Shown: positions 1 to 9,787, counted from the stretch's first letter. The stretch: DNA of 57,581 bases from Candidatus Micrarchaeota archaeon (GCA_018812625.1 JAHJDH010000031.1:1-57581); one strand, 5' to 3'. Notes: generated by a model from the letters alone, not told the origin. Translations and numbers: made by a program.

Positions 1-2
1 GC

Positions 3-212
3 GACACTAACAAAATCCCAGAAGATAAGATATCTGAAGTCATTGTCAATAATTTCTCGTTTAAGCCAGCTGACATGATCGAGAAACTTGATTTGCTTCG
101 TCCTATTTATAGAAAAACGGCAGCCTATGGTCACTTTGGCCAGGAAGAGCCTGAGTTTAATTGGGAAAAAACAGATATGGCCAAAAAATTAAGTTCTGAA
201 GCAGGGTTGTGA
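3..212 (+). CDS. metK: S-adenosylmethionine synthetase, bacterial/eukaryotic type, 3' end (partial)
   Basis: Frame from 3 reads ...LDLLRPIYRKTAAYGHFGQEEPEFNWEKTD...EAGL*, the typical MetK C-terminal motif. Confidence 0.9.
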   Translation, partial: DTNKIPEDKISEVIVNNFSFKPADMIEKLDLLRPIYRKTAAYGHFGQEEPEFNWEKTDMAKKLSSEAGL

Positions 213-217
213 TTTTT

Positions 218-721
218 ATGTATAAAACAATTATTTTATTTCTGATATCAGTAGCTTTGATCGGTTGTGTTCAGCAACCAACAGCAGATCAACCAGTAGT
301 AGATAATGGTACTGTTGATGAGCCCAATGTTACAGATGACGTCGAAGAGGATATGGTTGTGCCACCCAATGAGATAAATGATGCCATGGATGAGCCATTA
401 GTTGGCGGAGATTCTGATGAACATGGATGTATTGGCAGTGCAGGCTATTCCTGGTGTGAAGAAAAACAGAAATGCCTTCGATCCTGGGAAGAGCCATGCA
501 GCTCAAAATTAAACGCAAGCGAGGCGCGCGAAATTGCCATGCAAAGCGATTGCGTTTCAGAGGGCAATCTTTCTGATTCTTCAGAATACAACAATGCAAC
601 AAATACGTGGTGGATTGATCTTGAAATTGAAAAACCAGGTTGCAGCCCAGCATGTGTTGTTAGTGAAGAAAAGGAAAGTGCAGAAATTAACTGGAGATGC
701 ACTGGATTACAAATAGGCTGA
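218..721 (+). CDS. Secreted lipoprotein with Cys-rich GGDxDEHGC domain
   Basis: Signal with lipobox-like ALIGC, acidic linker, VGGDSDEHGCIGSAGYSWCEEKQKCLRSWEE and a further Cys-rich module. Confidence 0.75.
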   Translation: MYKTIILFLISVALIGCVQQPTADQPVVDNGTVDEPNVTDDVEEDMVVPPNEINDAMDEPLVGGDSDEHGCIGSAGYSWCEEKQKCLRSWEEPCSSKLNASEAREIAMQSDCVSEGNLSDSSEYNNATNTWWIDLEIEKPGCSPACVVSEEKESAEINWRCTGLQIG

Positions 722-967
722 TTATTTCAGTCTTCCTTCAGAAGCTTCTGTTAGTATAACTGTTGGCAAAAGTTCCATGTTTGCTGCAGTAATCAATTTT
801 TTTAGCTGAGGTTTTTGGATATCTACAGGATCAACTCTAATTGTTTCGCGAAGAGGGTGGGCAAGTATCCCTGCTATTCTGACATTTCTATTAAATTCTA
901 CAATGCTGCTAGGTTTATCAAAAGGCAAGGTGCCCAATTTTAGGACTGATCCGTTTATTTTTTTCAT
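722..967 (-). CDS. Small orphan protein
   Basis: Fills the gap between genes. TTTAAA box about 25 nt upstream of ATG 967 (MKKINGSV...). Confidence 0.45.
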   Translation of the reverse strand: MKKINGSVLKLGTLPFDKPSSIVEFNRNVRIAGILAHPLRETIRVDPVDIQKPQLKKLITAANMELLPTVILTEASEGRLK

Positions 968-1057
968 ATCTTGGTTAGGGGAAGTAATTCCATTTAAATT
1001 ATCGCATTTTTCCACTTTCGTTCATTTTAAAAAATGTATTTTTGTGATATCAATGTT

Positions 1058-2026
1058 ATGCCTAATTGTACTGTTATCCTGCATAGACATTCGCGCATAG
1101 GACCACTAATCTGCGATAAGAGCAGTTTTGTTGCAGATAAGCTAAAACCATTGGTAGAATCCAGAATGGCAGAAAGCAAATCCACTCATGTTGTACATGA
1201 CATTGCCCCAAGTTTCCTGCTCTCAAAATCAATTCAATTATCATTTGAAAGCAAACTAAAAAATCCAAAATTCCACAAACTTTTGGAAAGATTTAATACA
1301 AACTGGCTAACTGATGCCCGGAAGGCTCTGGAAAAGGCAGATAATGGAGAGTCCAGCAAAATATTTGATCCAAAGTTTGGTCCTGAATTTGACATGATTC
1401 TGGAGCTGAATTCAGCAAATCCAGGAACAGTAATAAATCACCTGACACCAGTTCCTCCTGAGGCTTTGATAGAGCTTACCCGATTTAGATTAGAAATGCT
1501 TGAAGGGGGGAAATGGGCTAAAGGAAATATCAAGCGCGCTATTAATCATATTAAAGAATCCCAAGGAGCGCTGTCCTGCTGCAATCTTATTCGGGATGTT
1601 GAGGCTATGGCACAAATTGGGAGACTTGGTTCAGATGCGATTTTATTGCGTGGTCTTGGACATGGATATCTGACACATTTAGGTGATAATGAAATAGCTG
1701 TTGTCCCAGAAGGATATGGCATCGAGGCAGAACCAAGCGCCCGCAGAGTATTCAATTTTGCTGATTTTGTTGAAAGATGCGGCGTAACTATCTTGTCTGA
1801 AACCGAGCCTGTTTTGGTTTCTCCATATGAACAATCACTAAATACTATGTGCGGAGGAAATCTCGAAGAACTTGATATGGATGGCAATGCCCTACTTCAT
1901 ATGATGTTTATTGGAGCTGTTCGTATGAATGCCGATAAGGTATCTAACCAGGAAGAGCTATTTCGGGTAGCATACATTCTTGCAAAACAAGATCTTCCAA
2001 AATTCCAAAGAGAGGTTTTTGGCTAG
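1058..2026 (+). CDS. Hypothetical orphan protein
   Basis: Long ORF (track start 1034). TATA-like TTTTAAAA at about 1026-1033 favours ATG 1058. Confidence 0.7.
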   Translation: MPNCTVILHRHSRIGPLICDKSSFVADKLKPLVESRMAESKSTHVVHDIAPSFLLSKSIQLSFESKLKNPKFHKLLERFNTNWLTDARKALEKADNGESSKIFDPKFGPEFDMILELNSANPGTVINHLTPVPPEALIELTRFRLEMLEGGKWAKGNIKRAINHIKESQGALSCCNLIRDVEAMAQIGRLGSDAILLRGLGHGYLTHLGDNEIAVVPEGYGIEAEPSARRVFNFADFVERCGVTILSETEPVLVSPYEQSLNTMCGGNLEELDMDGNALLHMMFIGAVRMNADKVSNQEELFRVAYILAKQDLPKFQREVFG

Positions 2027-2113
2027 TTGGTAGCTGCTCCAGTTAAAAATGCTAATTCTGCCCAAATTTTAGCTTAAGTTAGTCTTTTTTAAGATTCGCA
2101 GATTAAATTTGTT

Positions 2114-2548
2114 ATGAAGATAATTCGATCCCAATACGCACCGCATAATTTCCTGGTGGTATTCTTCTTCATGGCAATTGCAATTTTTGTTTTGTACAAA
2201 GCATTAATCCTTGACGATCCTATTCGTGGGATTACTGGAATTGCACTTCTTTTACTAGCTTATTATTTCAGTGGATTCCCAACAGAAACTACTCTTGATG
2301 ATAAAGGAATTGAGATAACTCAAAGCATCATAAATAAAAAACTAAAAATGACATATGGATCGATTCGGTTAGTAACAAGCTACAAACAAAAAAGATTGTT
2401 TGGAATTTCAACTTTAGTTAAAATTAAGGGCAGAGGAGTAAAGAAAACTCTAATTTTTTCAACAAATGAAGAGAAACAGGTAGCCAGACTACTCAAGATG
2501 TTAGAAGAAAAGATTGGCAAGGATAAAATAAGAAGAGCCTCTGCCTAA
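2114..2548 (+). CDS. Membrane protein, 2 TM plus PH-like C-terminal domain
   Basis: Two hydrophobic helices followed by a beta-rich basic domain. Confidence 0.65.
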   Translation: MKIIRSQYAPHNFLVVFFFMAIAIFVLYKALILDDPIRGITGIALLLLAYYFSGFPTETTLDDKGIEITQSIINKKLKMTYGSIRLVTSYKQKRLFGISTLVKIKGRGVKKTLIFSTNEEKQVARLLKMLEEKIGKDKIRRASA

Positions 2549-2668
2549 GAATGACGTTATTTGAAAATTTACTAAGCTTTATAATCACTCCTCATTTAAA
2601 TGAAAAGAATAGCAGCGCTCAAATTGAGTGGTGGTTATAGAATAAATTTAATTGATAGGTGTAAAATA

Positions 2669-2863
2669 ATGGTAGAAGGAACAGTAAAATTCTTCAATGA
2701 AATGAAGCATTTCGGTTTTATTGCCGGCGATGATGGAAAAGAATATTTTGTACACGTAAGTGGCCTTAAAGACGGAACAACAATCCGAGAAGGCGATAAA
2801 GTAAGTTTTGAAGTTGTCCAGGGTGACAAAGGAGAAAAAGCAGAACAAGTAGAAAAAATCTAA
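2669..2863 (+). CDS. csp: Cold-shock protein (CSD), copy 1
   Basis: MVEGTVKFFN...FGFI...EYFVH (RNP1/RNP2 motifs). Start chosen by alignment with copy 2. Confidence 0.95.
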   Translation: MVEGTVKFFNEMKHFGFIAGDDGKEYFVHVSGLKDGTTIREGDKVSFEVVQGDKGEKAEQVEKI

Positions 2864-2993
2864 TCTGATTTTTATTTTCATATTTTTCTTTTTCTTATAT
2901 ATAATATCCGCTATCCAACGTAAGAATTTGGGCAAGGTTTAAAATGACTTAGTCCAAATTGATGTAAAAATCTAACTTAAAAGAGGCGAAAAA

Positions 2994-4217
2994 ATGGTTT
3001 TTGAAAACACACAAAAGCAATTAGAAAAAGCTAAGAAGCACGTGGAATTAGTACAGGAAACCGAAGAAACGCTAAAATACCCTACAGAAGCATTTACATT
3101 CTCAATCCCAGTTCGGATGGATGATGGATCTCTGAAAGTTTTTGAAGGACACAGAGTCCGATATAATGATGCCAGAGGCCCCACTAAAGGAGGAATAAGA
3201 TATCATCCAGGAGTAAATCTGGATGAGGTAAAAGCCCTTGCTTTTTGGATGAGCATTAAATGTGCGGTCATAAATATCCCATATGGTGGTGGAAAAGGAG
3301 GTATCACTGTTGATCCGCATAAATTATCAAAGGCCGAGCTTGAGAAATTATCACGAGGCTGGATGAGAAAAGCATATCGAATTGTTGGTCCAGATAGAGA
3401 TATCCCAGCACCAGATGTTTATACTAACGGCCAGATCATGGCTTGGATGATGGATGAATATTCTATCATCAAAGGAGAATACTCTCCAGGAGTTATTACT
3501 GGAAAGCCATTATCCCTAGGGGGATCTCTTGGAAGGTCATATGCAACTGCCCTTGGCGGATATTACTGTGTTAAAGAAGCAGTCAAGAAGATGGAAGTTG
3601 GAAAGACAGTTGTAGTTCAAGGTTTTGGTAATGCGGGCTCTCACATGGCCAGATTGCTTTCTGAGGATGGATTCAAGGTAATTGCAGTATCAGACTCTAA
3701 AGGAGGAGCTCTTCTAGAAGAAGGATTTGACTATGATAAACTAATGGAAGTCAAGACCAAAGAAAGAAGGGTAGATTCATATCCAGGATGCAAGAAAATC
3801 TCAAATGAGGAAATTCTTGAGCTTGAGTGTGATATTCTTGTTCTAGCTGCTCTTGAAAACGTTGTAACTGAGAAAAATGCAGGCAATATCAAAGGAAAGA
3901 TGATTGTTGAGCTTGCAAACGGGCCAGTTAATCCAGAGGCTGATGATATCCTACATAAGAATAGCAAGTTCTTAATTCCAGATATTCTGGCAAACTCCGG
4001 GGGAGTTTGTGTATCTTATTTTGAGTGGGTACAGAACAAACAAGGATATTACTGGAAAGAAGACGAAGTCAATGCAAAACTACTTGAAAAGATGGTCAAA
4101 GAGTTCAATGCAACCTTTGATATTCACAAGGAAAAGAGCATTGATATGAGGACTGCTGCATATGTACTGGCTTTGGGCCGCATAGATGAGGCCACAAAAG
4201 ACAAAGCGATATATTGA
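2994..4217 (+). CDS. gdhA: Glu/Leu/Phe/Val dehydrogenase (glutamate dehydrogenase)
   Basis: GPTKGGIRYHP, GGGKGG, DIPAPDV, QGFGNAG, ELANGP, SYFEWVQN. Confidence 0.95.
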   Translation: MVFENTQKQLEKAKKHVELVQETEETLKYPTEAFTFSIPVRMDDGSLKVFEGHRVRYNDARGPTKGGIRYHPGVNLDEVKALAFWMSIKCAVINIPYGGGKGGITVDPHKLSKAELEKLSRGWMRKAYRIVGPDRDIPAPDVYTNGQIMAWMMDEYSIIKGEYSPGVITGKPLSLGGSLGRSYATALGGYYCVKEAVKKMEVGKTVVVQGFGNAGSHMARLLSEDGFKVIAVSDSKGGALLEEGFDYDKLMEVKTKERRVDSYPGCKKISNEEILELECDILVLAALENVVTEKNAGNIKGKMIVELANGPVNPEADDILHKNSKFLIPDILANSGGVCVSYFEWVQNKQGYYWKEDEVNAKLLEKMVKEFNATFDIHKEKSIDMRTAAYVLALGRIDEATKDKAIY

Positions 4218-4260
4218 TTAATGTTCTAGAACTAATAATACTAACAATAATGGTGAAAAA

Positions 4261-4455
4261 ATGGTAGAAGGAACAGTAAAATTTTATAACGAAATGAAGA
4301 ACTTCGGCTTTATTGCCGGCGATGATGGAAAAGAATATTTTGTACACTCAAGTGGAGTAAAAGACGGAACAACACTCCGAGAGGGCGACAAAGTAAGTTT
4401 TGAAGTTGTCCAGGGCGACAAAGGACCAAAAGCAGAACAAGTAGAAAAAATCTAA
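4261..4455 (+). CDS. csp: Cold-shock protein (CSD), copy 2
   Basis: Differs from copy 1 at 6 of 64 aa. Confidence 0.95.
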   Translation: MVEGTVKFYNEMKNFGFIAGDDGKEYFVHSSGVKDGTTLREGDKVSFEVVQGDKGPKAEQVEKI

Positions 4456-4524
4456 TTTCATTTTTCTCTGTTTTATATTGGTTAATTTTAAATTTTTTTT
4501 TCTTAACTTTTTTTTGTGAGTCAT

Positions 4525-4926
4525 ATGTTTCAACAAAGAATTCGGTCAGCTTCAAAGAGAGGCGTTCAAGAAAAAAGGGATCCAAAGTTAGCTGCTGCTA
4601 TAAAAAAGTATCAACTAATAGCAGAGTTAAGAGGAACCATTGAAGGTGGAGATGTTTCTGCGGTTTGTAAAACCCTATTCCAAAATCCAGATCAGATTAG
4701 ATATGTATTTGGAGCTTTAATTGATCCTTCGAAAGATTTATCTCGCCATGCAGAGTTTGTTATTGCAAGGCTAGCTCAAAGTAATGACCCAGTAGTGCAA
4801 ACTCATCTTCAGATAGGCCTATCTAATTTTCTAAGCTCTCCATGGATTAGTGATAACGCATCTAATCTATCTGCTATTGAACTGAGAATTCGTATGAGTA
4901 TGATCCATTCAAGGCTTTCAGGCTAA
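4525..4926 (+). CDS. Orphan alpha-helical protein with basic N-terminal leader
   Basis: MFQQRIRSASKRGVQEKR leader then HEAT-like helices. Confidence 0.6.
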   Translation: MFQQRIRSASKRGVQEKRDPKLAAAIKKYQLIAELRGTIEGGDVSAVCKTLFQNPDQIRYVFGALIDPSKDLSRHAEFVIARLAQSNDPVVQTHLQIGLSNFLSSPWISDNASNLSAIELRIRMSMIHSRLSG

Positions 4927-5561
4927 AAATTCCTTGTTTGTTTTATTTCTATCAAGCCATGTTTTTCAGCTTCTCTTAGAGTTTGGGGCAAATCATCATG
5001 ATAATCATACACTCCGGAAAACATGCCTTTTTTGATTTTTGAAACTACTAACTTTAACAATCGATCCCAGCACCCTTCTTTTATTTCAAAATAATAATGT
5101 TTTGCCTTACCATTCTTTTCCATAGTAAAGCCGGATGATAAAGTAGTTACAATGATGTTCTGAGCCTTTGCAACTCTTTTTGTTCTCTGAATCCAGTCCT
5201 TGTGAAAATCCCTGCTTAACTGTACTAGTCCAAGGCCTTTCGCCTCATGCAAAACAGCTTCAATCGTTAGATCAGAATTAACTGTATCTGCTAATTTCCC
5301 TTCTTCCAGCTTTGTTGCAATAAAAAGAATGAATCTAAATGATGCTTCTGGCGTTATTTCTGCCTTGTAAAATCCCGGATCATGCCCCTCCTTGCGATAA
5401 AATCCGTGAGTTAATATGCTTTCAATAATTTTTGTCGCAATTCCAAAAAGGCGTATTTTACCATCTTCCTTCAGTACTTTTGCCCTTTGAAATGCTTTTT
5501 TTACATTCGTTCCAACAGCAATTTCTGATCTAGGACTGGGCCTGTCAAATGCTTTACGCAT
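4923..5561 (-). CDS. Orphan protein with two copies of a ~70-aa repeat
   Basis: Repeats end in LHEAKGLGLVQL and LREAEKHGLIEI. TATA about 25 nt upstream. Confidence 0.7.
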   Translation of the reverse strand: MRKAFDRPSPRSEIAVGTNVKKAFQRAKVLKEDGKIRLFGIATKIIESILTHGFYRKEGHDPGFYKAEITPEASFRFILFIATKLEEGKLADTVNSDLTIEAVLHEAKGLGLVQLSRDFHKDWIQRTKRVAKAQNIIVTTLSSGFTMEKNGKAKHYYFEIKEGCWDRLLKLVVSKIKKGMFSGVYDYHDDLPQTLREAEKHGLIEIKQTRNF

Positions 5562-5613
5562 GTTGTTATTTCTGTGAAGATGGTATTAAATACTTTTTCG
5601 GAAAAATGACTAT

Positions 5614-6378
5614 ATGGAATTTGTTTGCCCTAAATGCAAGGTTCCTCTTGGAGGCAAAGATAAATTCGTCTGCTCCAAGTGCGCAAGCGTTTATCCAGTT
5701 AAAGAAAAAATACCTGATTTTCTAGACTCTAAATCCTGGACTACTGCTATACATACTTTCCTTTTTGATACCCTCTCACTGATTTATGAGAACAATCTAT
5801 ATGAGTATAATTTCAAACTTTGGTGTGGCATGAGCGTTCCAAAGCGAGATGTTCTTCGCAAAATGATTCGAAAAGAGATTTCTCAAGACGCCCGGAATAT
5901 AATTGACATAGCAGGAGGCTCTGGAACACTGAGTCGCCATCTTGCCTCTGATGCTTCAGATGTTTATTGCATTGATTATTCTATGGGAATGCTCAGATCT
6001 GGTCAGAAGCATTCTAAGGCTCCAAATATGCATTTTATTCGTTCTATGGCAGAAACTCTTCCTTTTGCAAAACAAAGCTTTGATGGGGCTATTATTGGCT
6101 ATAGTTTCTACTTATTCAAAAAGCCAGAGATTGTTCTGCGCGAAGTATCCAGAGTGCTGAAGCCTGGAGCTCCACTAGCTATAGCCACGTTTTTCAAAGG
6201 CGATGGGGGGTATTTGAAGTATCGGCTTGGGATTTGGCATGCAAAAAGAAAGGGAATCAACGTTTATACGTTGGCTCAAACCCGGGCAATGGTATCAAAA
6301 GCAGGCTTTGACGAAATTGATACTGATATATATGGTTCGTTTGTTCTTCTTAGTGCAAGGAAGAAAAAAGACAAATGA
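5614..6378 (+). CDS. Class I SAM-dependent methyltransferase with N-terminal Trm112-like Zn ribbon
   Basis: CPKC...CSKC...YPV..KIPDF, then IIDIAGGSG, CIDYS, RVLKPGA. Confidence 0.85.
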   Translation: MEFVCPKCKVPLGGKDKFVCSKCASVYPVKEKIPDFLDSKSWTTAIHTFLFDTLSLIYENNLYEYNFKLWCGMSVPKRDVLRKMIRKEISQDARNIIDIAGGSGTLSRHLASDASDVYCIDYSMGMLRSGQKHSKAPNMHFIRSMAETLPFAKQSFDGAIIGYSFYLFKKPEIVLREVSRVLKPGAPLAIATFFKGDGGYLKYRLGIWHAKRKGINVYTLAQTRAMVSKAGFDEIDTDIYGSFVLLSARKKKDK

Positions 6379-6407
6379 TTTTTATATAGAAGCAGCGATG
6401 TCTAGTT

Positions 6408-6719
6408 ATGGCAGGAGATATTGAGTGGAAATTTGTACTTCTTGAAGGATATTGCATGTTCAATGCTTATAGCACAGAGAAAAAAGTCAGGGTAAATGTT
6501 TTTCCTGATGGAGATTTGACTAAAAAACCAGTGTCAAAACTCGAAGATAATGACATGTATCTTCCAAAGAGCAAACTCAAGAGGCCAAAGAATTGTCCTA
6601 GAGAGCCATCTGCTCTTTGCCTTAGCCAGGGCTGCAGATTCTTTGGTTATTCCAGCGGAAAGTTCAATGACATGACTCATGATATGTTCAAGCATTATCG
6701 GAAGCAGGAAAAGAGATAA
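6408..6719 (+). CDS. Small hypothetical protein, Cys cluster
   Basis: 103-aa ORF with CPREPSALCLSQGC. Confidence 0.6.
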   Translation: MAGDIEWKFVLLEGYCMFNAYSTEKKVRVNVFPDGDLTKKPVSKLEDNDMYLPKSKLKRPKNCPREPSALCLSQGCRFFGYSSGKFNDMTHDMFKHYRKQEKR

Positions 6720-6866
6720 TTTCATTCTTTTAAGTGAACCATATTCAAAAACTGTAATCTATACCTACTTCTTCCAGTTTTTGCATAAAATCCAGAGACA
6801 ATTTATTAATACTAGTTATGTTGTAGTATATTGTATAATATGATTTAATAACTTGGAGATGGAAAT

Positions 6867-7379
6867 ATGACCAAACAAAAAAAGAATGATGCTCAAGGAA
6901 AGGGGAATGCCAGAGTTTATTTATCTGTTAGGGAAAGATGGAAGGCCTGGACTCCGCTTGTTGAAAAGTCTCCTTCTCAAGATACTAAAGTAGATGAACT
7001 ACTTCAGAGAATGCGCGTGGATTATGATGCTCACAGCGCTTATGAAGACATTGTTTCTATGGGAGAAGCTGCAGTGCCAAGGTTGATCGAACTTCTCACA
7101 ACTGGCAGTTTTGAAACTCCTGATGAGGCTGGTGTAGTTCTAGGAGGCATTGGAAAAGTAGCAGTACCAAAATTAATTGAAGCTCTTGATACTGATAATC
7201 CAAAGGCAAGGGAAGATCTCATCGATACCCTAGCGTATATCACCTCGGATTTTACAGCTGATGATTGGAAAGAAACGTGCAAGGATCTTGATGCTAATTT
7301 GGTTTTGAGAGCTGCAAATGCAGTTTCAGAAGCAGGTCATCGCGAATTTGCTTCTCGGATCAAGAGTGGAATTGAATGA
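6867..7379 (+). CDS. HEAT/PBS-lyase-like repeat protein with basic N-terminal leader
   Basis: GEAAVPRLIELL and GKVAVPKLIEAL repeats; MTKQKKNDAQGKG leader. Confidence 0.8.
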   Translation: MTKQKKNDAQGKGNARVYLSVRERWKAWTPLVEKSPSQDTKVDELLQRMRVDYDAHSAYEDIVSMGEAAVPRLIELLTTGSFETPDEAGVVLGGIGKVAVPKLIEALDTDNPKAREDLIDTLAYITSDFTADDWKETCKDLDANLVLRAANAVSEAGHREFASRIKSGIE

Positions 7380-7453
7380 TACTATAAACCTGATAATGAA
7401 CATACGCACATTTCAATTCCATTAGAAGATCAGAAGAAAAAATAATTTTTTAT

Positions 7454-8122
7454 CTATTCTATTTTTTGAAGTACTGCAGTTCCAGCATCATGTGAAATTT
7501 TAAATTTGCCAACACGGTCTATCCTCTCAAAACCCATTTTTTCAAGTTTTGGAAATAAGTGGGAATTTACTCCGAATACAAGGCCATCTGGAGGAACTAC
7601 CCTATGTATGTGGCTCAATAGCAGCGACTCATATTCAATTTCCATTTGTTTGCTCTTATTATGCGCCAAAACAATCTCGTCAATTGCTCCAAGAAAGACA
7701 CTCGCACTATTATCTGGCATTTTTGCCACATACTGAAGCATATCATTATTTTCAAGTACTATTCTTGGATCTTCAAAACTCATATTTTTATATGAAAGAT
7801 AAAGATCAACTCCCAAATATAATCTAACGCCACATGCCAGTGCAAAATCTACCATTGGCCTGGGATCACCTGCTCCAAGGTCCAATAAAACTGCATTTTC
7901 CAGTAAGTTCTGAAAAAATCCTGGGAGTTTTTTTATTCCCAAAAAAGTATTTCCATATACGAACATATGTGCCAATGCAGAACATGGGGGAAATGGAAAT
8001 CCAATCCTTTTCCAGGGTTCAGACGTGCAGCCAGTCAGTCTGTCTATTTGTACTTTTTCTAATTCTGGCACTTTCCTGAATCTAACCTTTGAGCTTCCGT
8101 TAACTCTTTTTTGCTTGTGCAT
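7454..8122 (-). CDS. Class I methyltransferase-like protein, paralog A
   Basis: LLDLGAG motif I, YLGVD motif II, HRVVPPDG. Confidence 0.7.
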   Translation of the reverse strand: MHKQKRVNGSSKVRFRKVPELEKVQIDRLTGCTSEPWKRIGFPFPPCSALAHMFVYGNTFLGIKKLPGFFQNLLENAVLLDLGAGDPRPMVDFALACGVRLYLGVDLYLSYKNMSFEDPRIVLENNDMLQYVAKMPDNSASVFLGAIDEIVLAHNKSKQMEIEYESLLLSHIHRVVPPDGLVFGVNSHLFPKLEKMGFERIDRVGKFKISHDAGTAVLQKIE

Positions 8123-8126
8123 GCTA

Positions 8127-8783
8127 TTACCATTCTTTTTTGAATAAACCTTCCGTTATACGAGTGAAACCAAAATCAGGCAGCATGTCAAGTGCAGGTG
8201 CATTGAGTCCAAATGCCACTCCATGCGATGGAACAACTCTCATAAGCTCCTGTGCAATGTCGCTCATGTATATATCAGTTGCAAGTCTGACATTGGATGC
8301 CAGGATCGATCGATCTACTGAATTCATACAAACATTTGCAGATTGATCTGGCTGGAAAAATAGGAATTGGAGCATATCCTCGTTGATTGCCCGGAGTAGG
8401 ATATCCGGAAATTTGGGATTAATCATTTTTTCCATAACCTCTTCTGCATTTGTATAATCGACATATCTATCTACTGCAACATATTCGCTTACTCCAAGTG
8501 TTGCAGCAAGATGTGCCATCGAAAGGAAAGAATTGCTGTTGCCTGCTCCAATGTCAATAAGTCTTCTGCCTTTGAGAGCCTCCCCAAGAACTGGAGATGG
8601 ATTTTCCAGGCTGAAAAACATGCTAGTATCATAGACCACATCTGGAGCAAGTTCGTATGAAGATGGTTTAAAAGATCCCCAATAATCGCTCAGATGTTTT
8701 GCTGTCTCTACAATAGCTCTTGCTTTACCTTCAGGCACTTCTCTTCTTTGCATGGCTGGCTTTGGACCTTTGAATGTTACCAT
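8127..8783 (-). CDS. Class I methyltransferase-like protein, paralog B
   Basis: LIDIGAG, YVAVD, MRVVPSHG; colinear with paralog A. Confidence 0.7.
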   Translation of the reverse strand: MVTFKGPKPAMQRREVPEGKARAIVETAKHLSDYWGSFKPSSYELAPDVVYDTSMFFSLENPSPVLGEALKGRRLIDIGAGNSNSFLSMAHLAATLGVSEYVAVDRYVDYTNAEEVMEKMINPKFPDILLRAINEDMLQFLFFQPDQSANVCMNSVDRSILASNVRLATDIYMSDIAQELMRVVPSHGVAFGLNAPALDMLPDFGFTRITEGLFKKEW

Positions 8784-9036
8784 AAGGTGTAATCTGTGTG
8801 ATTATGAATATAAATATTCCGGTGAATTTGACATCTCATAAAGTTCTTTTTTGAGTTAAAAAATAGAATTTTTTCTGTGACTTTCACCATCCTTTCAACT
8901 AACGCTAATAATACTTTTAACAATACTAAACAAATTTTTCCCTTTTTTGTAGTTTTGACAAAAAAATCAACAAATGGTTATATTATGTGGTTTTGTGTAG
9001 TTATTAATCTGAACAAATGATAATCACGGTGGAACT

Positions 9037-9567
9037 ATGAAACAAAAGACTCAAGAATCAAGATCAAAAAACTCAAACAAAAAACCAAAAGGAAGTTTTG
9101 GAACAGAACAATCGCCAAAAGGCATGCATGAAGGGAAAATTGATCCACTTGTTACATCTGAAGGGAGGCTTCTTCACAATCCAGTTGGAATCGATAATAT
9201 GCATATTTTATGCCAAGACTTCCTGGGAGTAGGATCAGCATCAAAAGGCAAAGTGGCCGAATCGACAGATGTTTTGGAAGATGATAGTCCTAGACATATG
9301 AGATTCGTTGAATGTGTTCTTGAAGGTGGTGTCACTGAAAATCGTGATCTTGCAGTTATGCCTGGAGGTACAAGAAAAGCTTTTCTTTCACATTACAAAG
9401 TGGAATTGACTGAGGGTACTACAAAGGAAGATTTTGCTAGATTTCTAAATGAACTAGGTATTGATGATATGCCTAAGCTTTCTGATCTCACATATGTCAT
9501 GTTACTTCGGGCTCAGGAGGCTGGTCTTGTTGAGCTTAGATATGAGCATGATATACTCCCAATCTAA
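9037..9567 (+). CDS. Chimeric orphan protein
   Basis: Basic leader, a 28-aa segment shared with the C-terminus of 26058..27980, and a domain shared with 4923..5561. Confidence 0.7.
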   Translation: MKQKTQESRSKNSNKKPKGSFGTEQSPKGMHEGKIDPLVTSEGRLLHNPVGIDNMHILCQDFLGVGSASKGKVAESTDVLEDDSPRHMRFVECVLEGGVTENRDLAVMPGGTRKAFLSHYKVELTEGTTKEDFARFLNELGIDDMPKLSDLTYVMLLRAQEAGLVELRYEHDILPI

Positions 9568-9630
9568 GAGGGCTGAGATGGCCATTTTGAGCATTTAAGT
9601 AAGAGATGGTTTTAATGCATAAGCAAAACC

Positions 9631-9744
9631 ATGTCACAGTACTTTTCGATTGTAGGTGGACTTGGTACTGGGGTTATGGGAGTCGTATTGTTTCTCTTTA
9701 CGTTGCTCATTGATGATATTGCCAAGAGAGCGAATCTAAAATAA
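9631..9744 (+). CDS. Possible 37-aa single-TM peptide
   Basis: MSQYFSIVGGLGTGVMGVVLFLFTLLIDDIAKRANLK*; not in the ORF track. Confidence 0.35.
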   Translation: MSQYFSIVGGLGTGVMGVVLFLFTLLIDDIAKRANLK

Positions 9745-9787
9745 ATTTGTGGAACTGTTTTAAATAGTGTCAATTAATATAAATACG

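Noticed and set aside
9151-9234. DGR template/variable repeat pair with 26061..26144
   Set aside because: Mismatches are not adenine-specific (T/C, G/C, G/T changes) and no reverse transcriptase is in the window.
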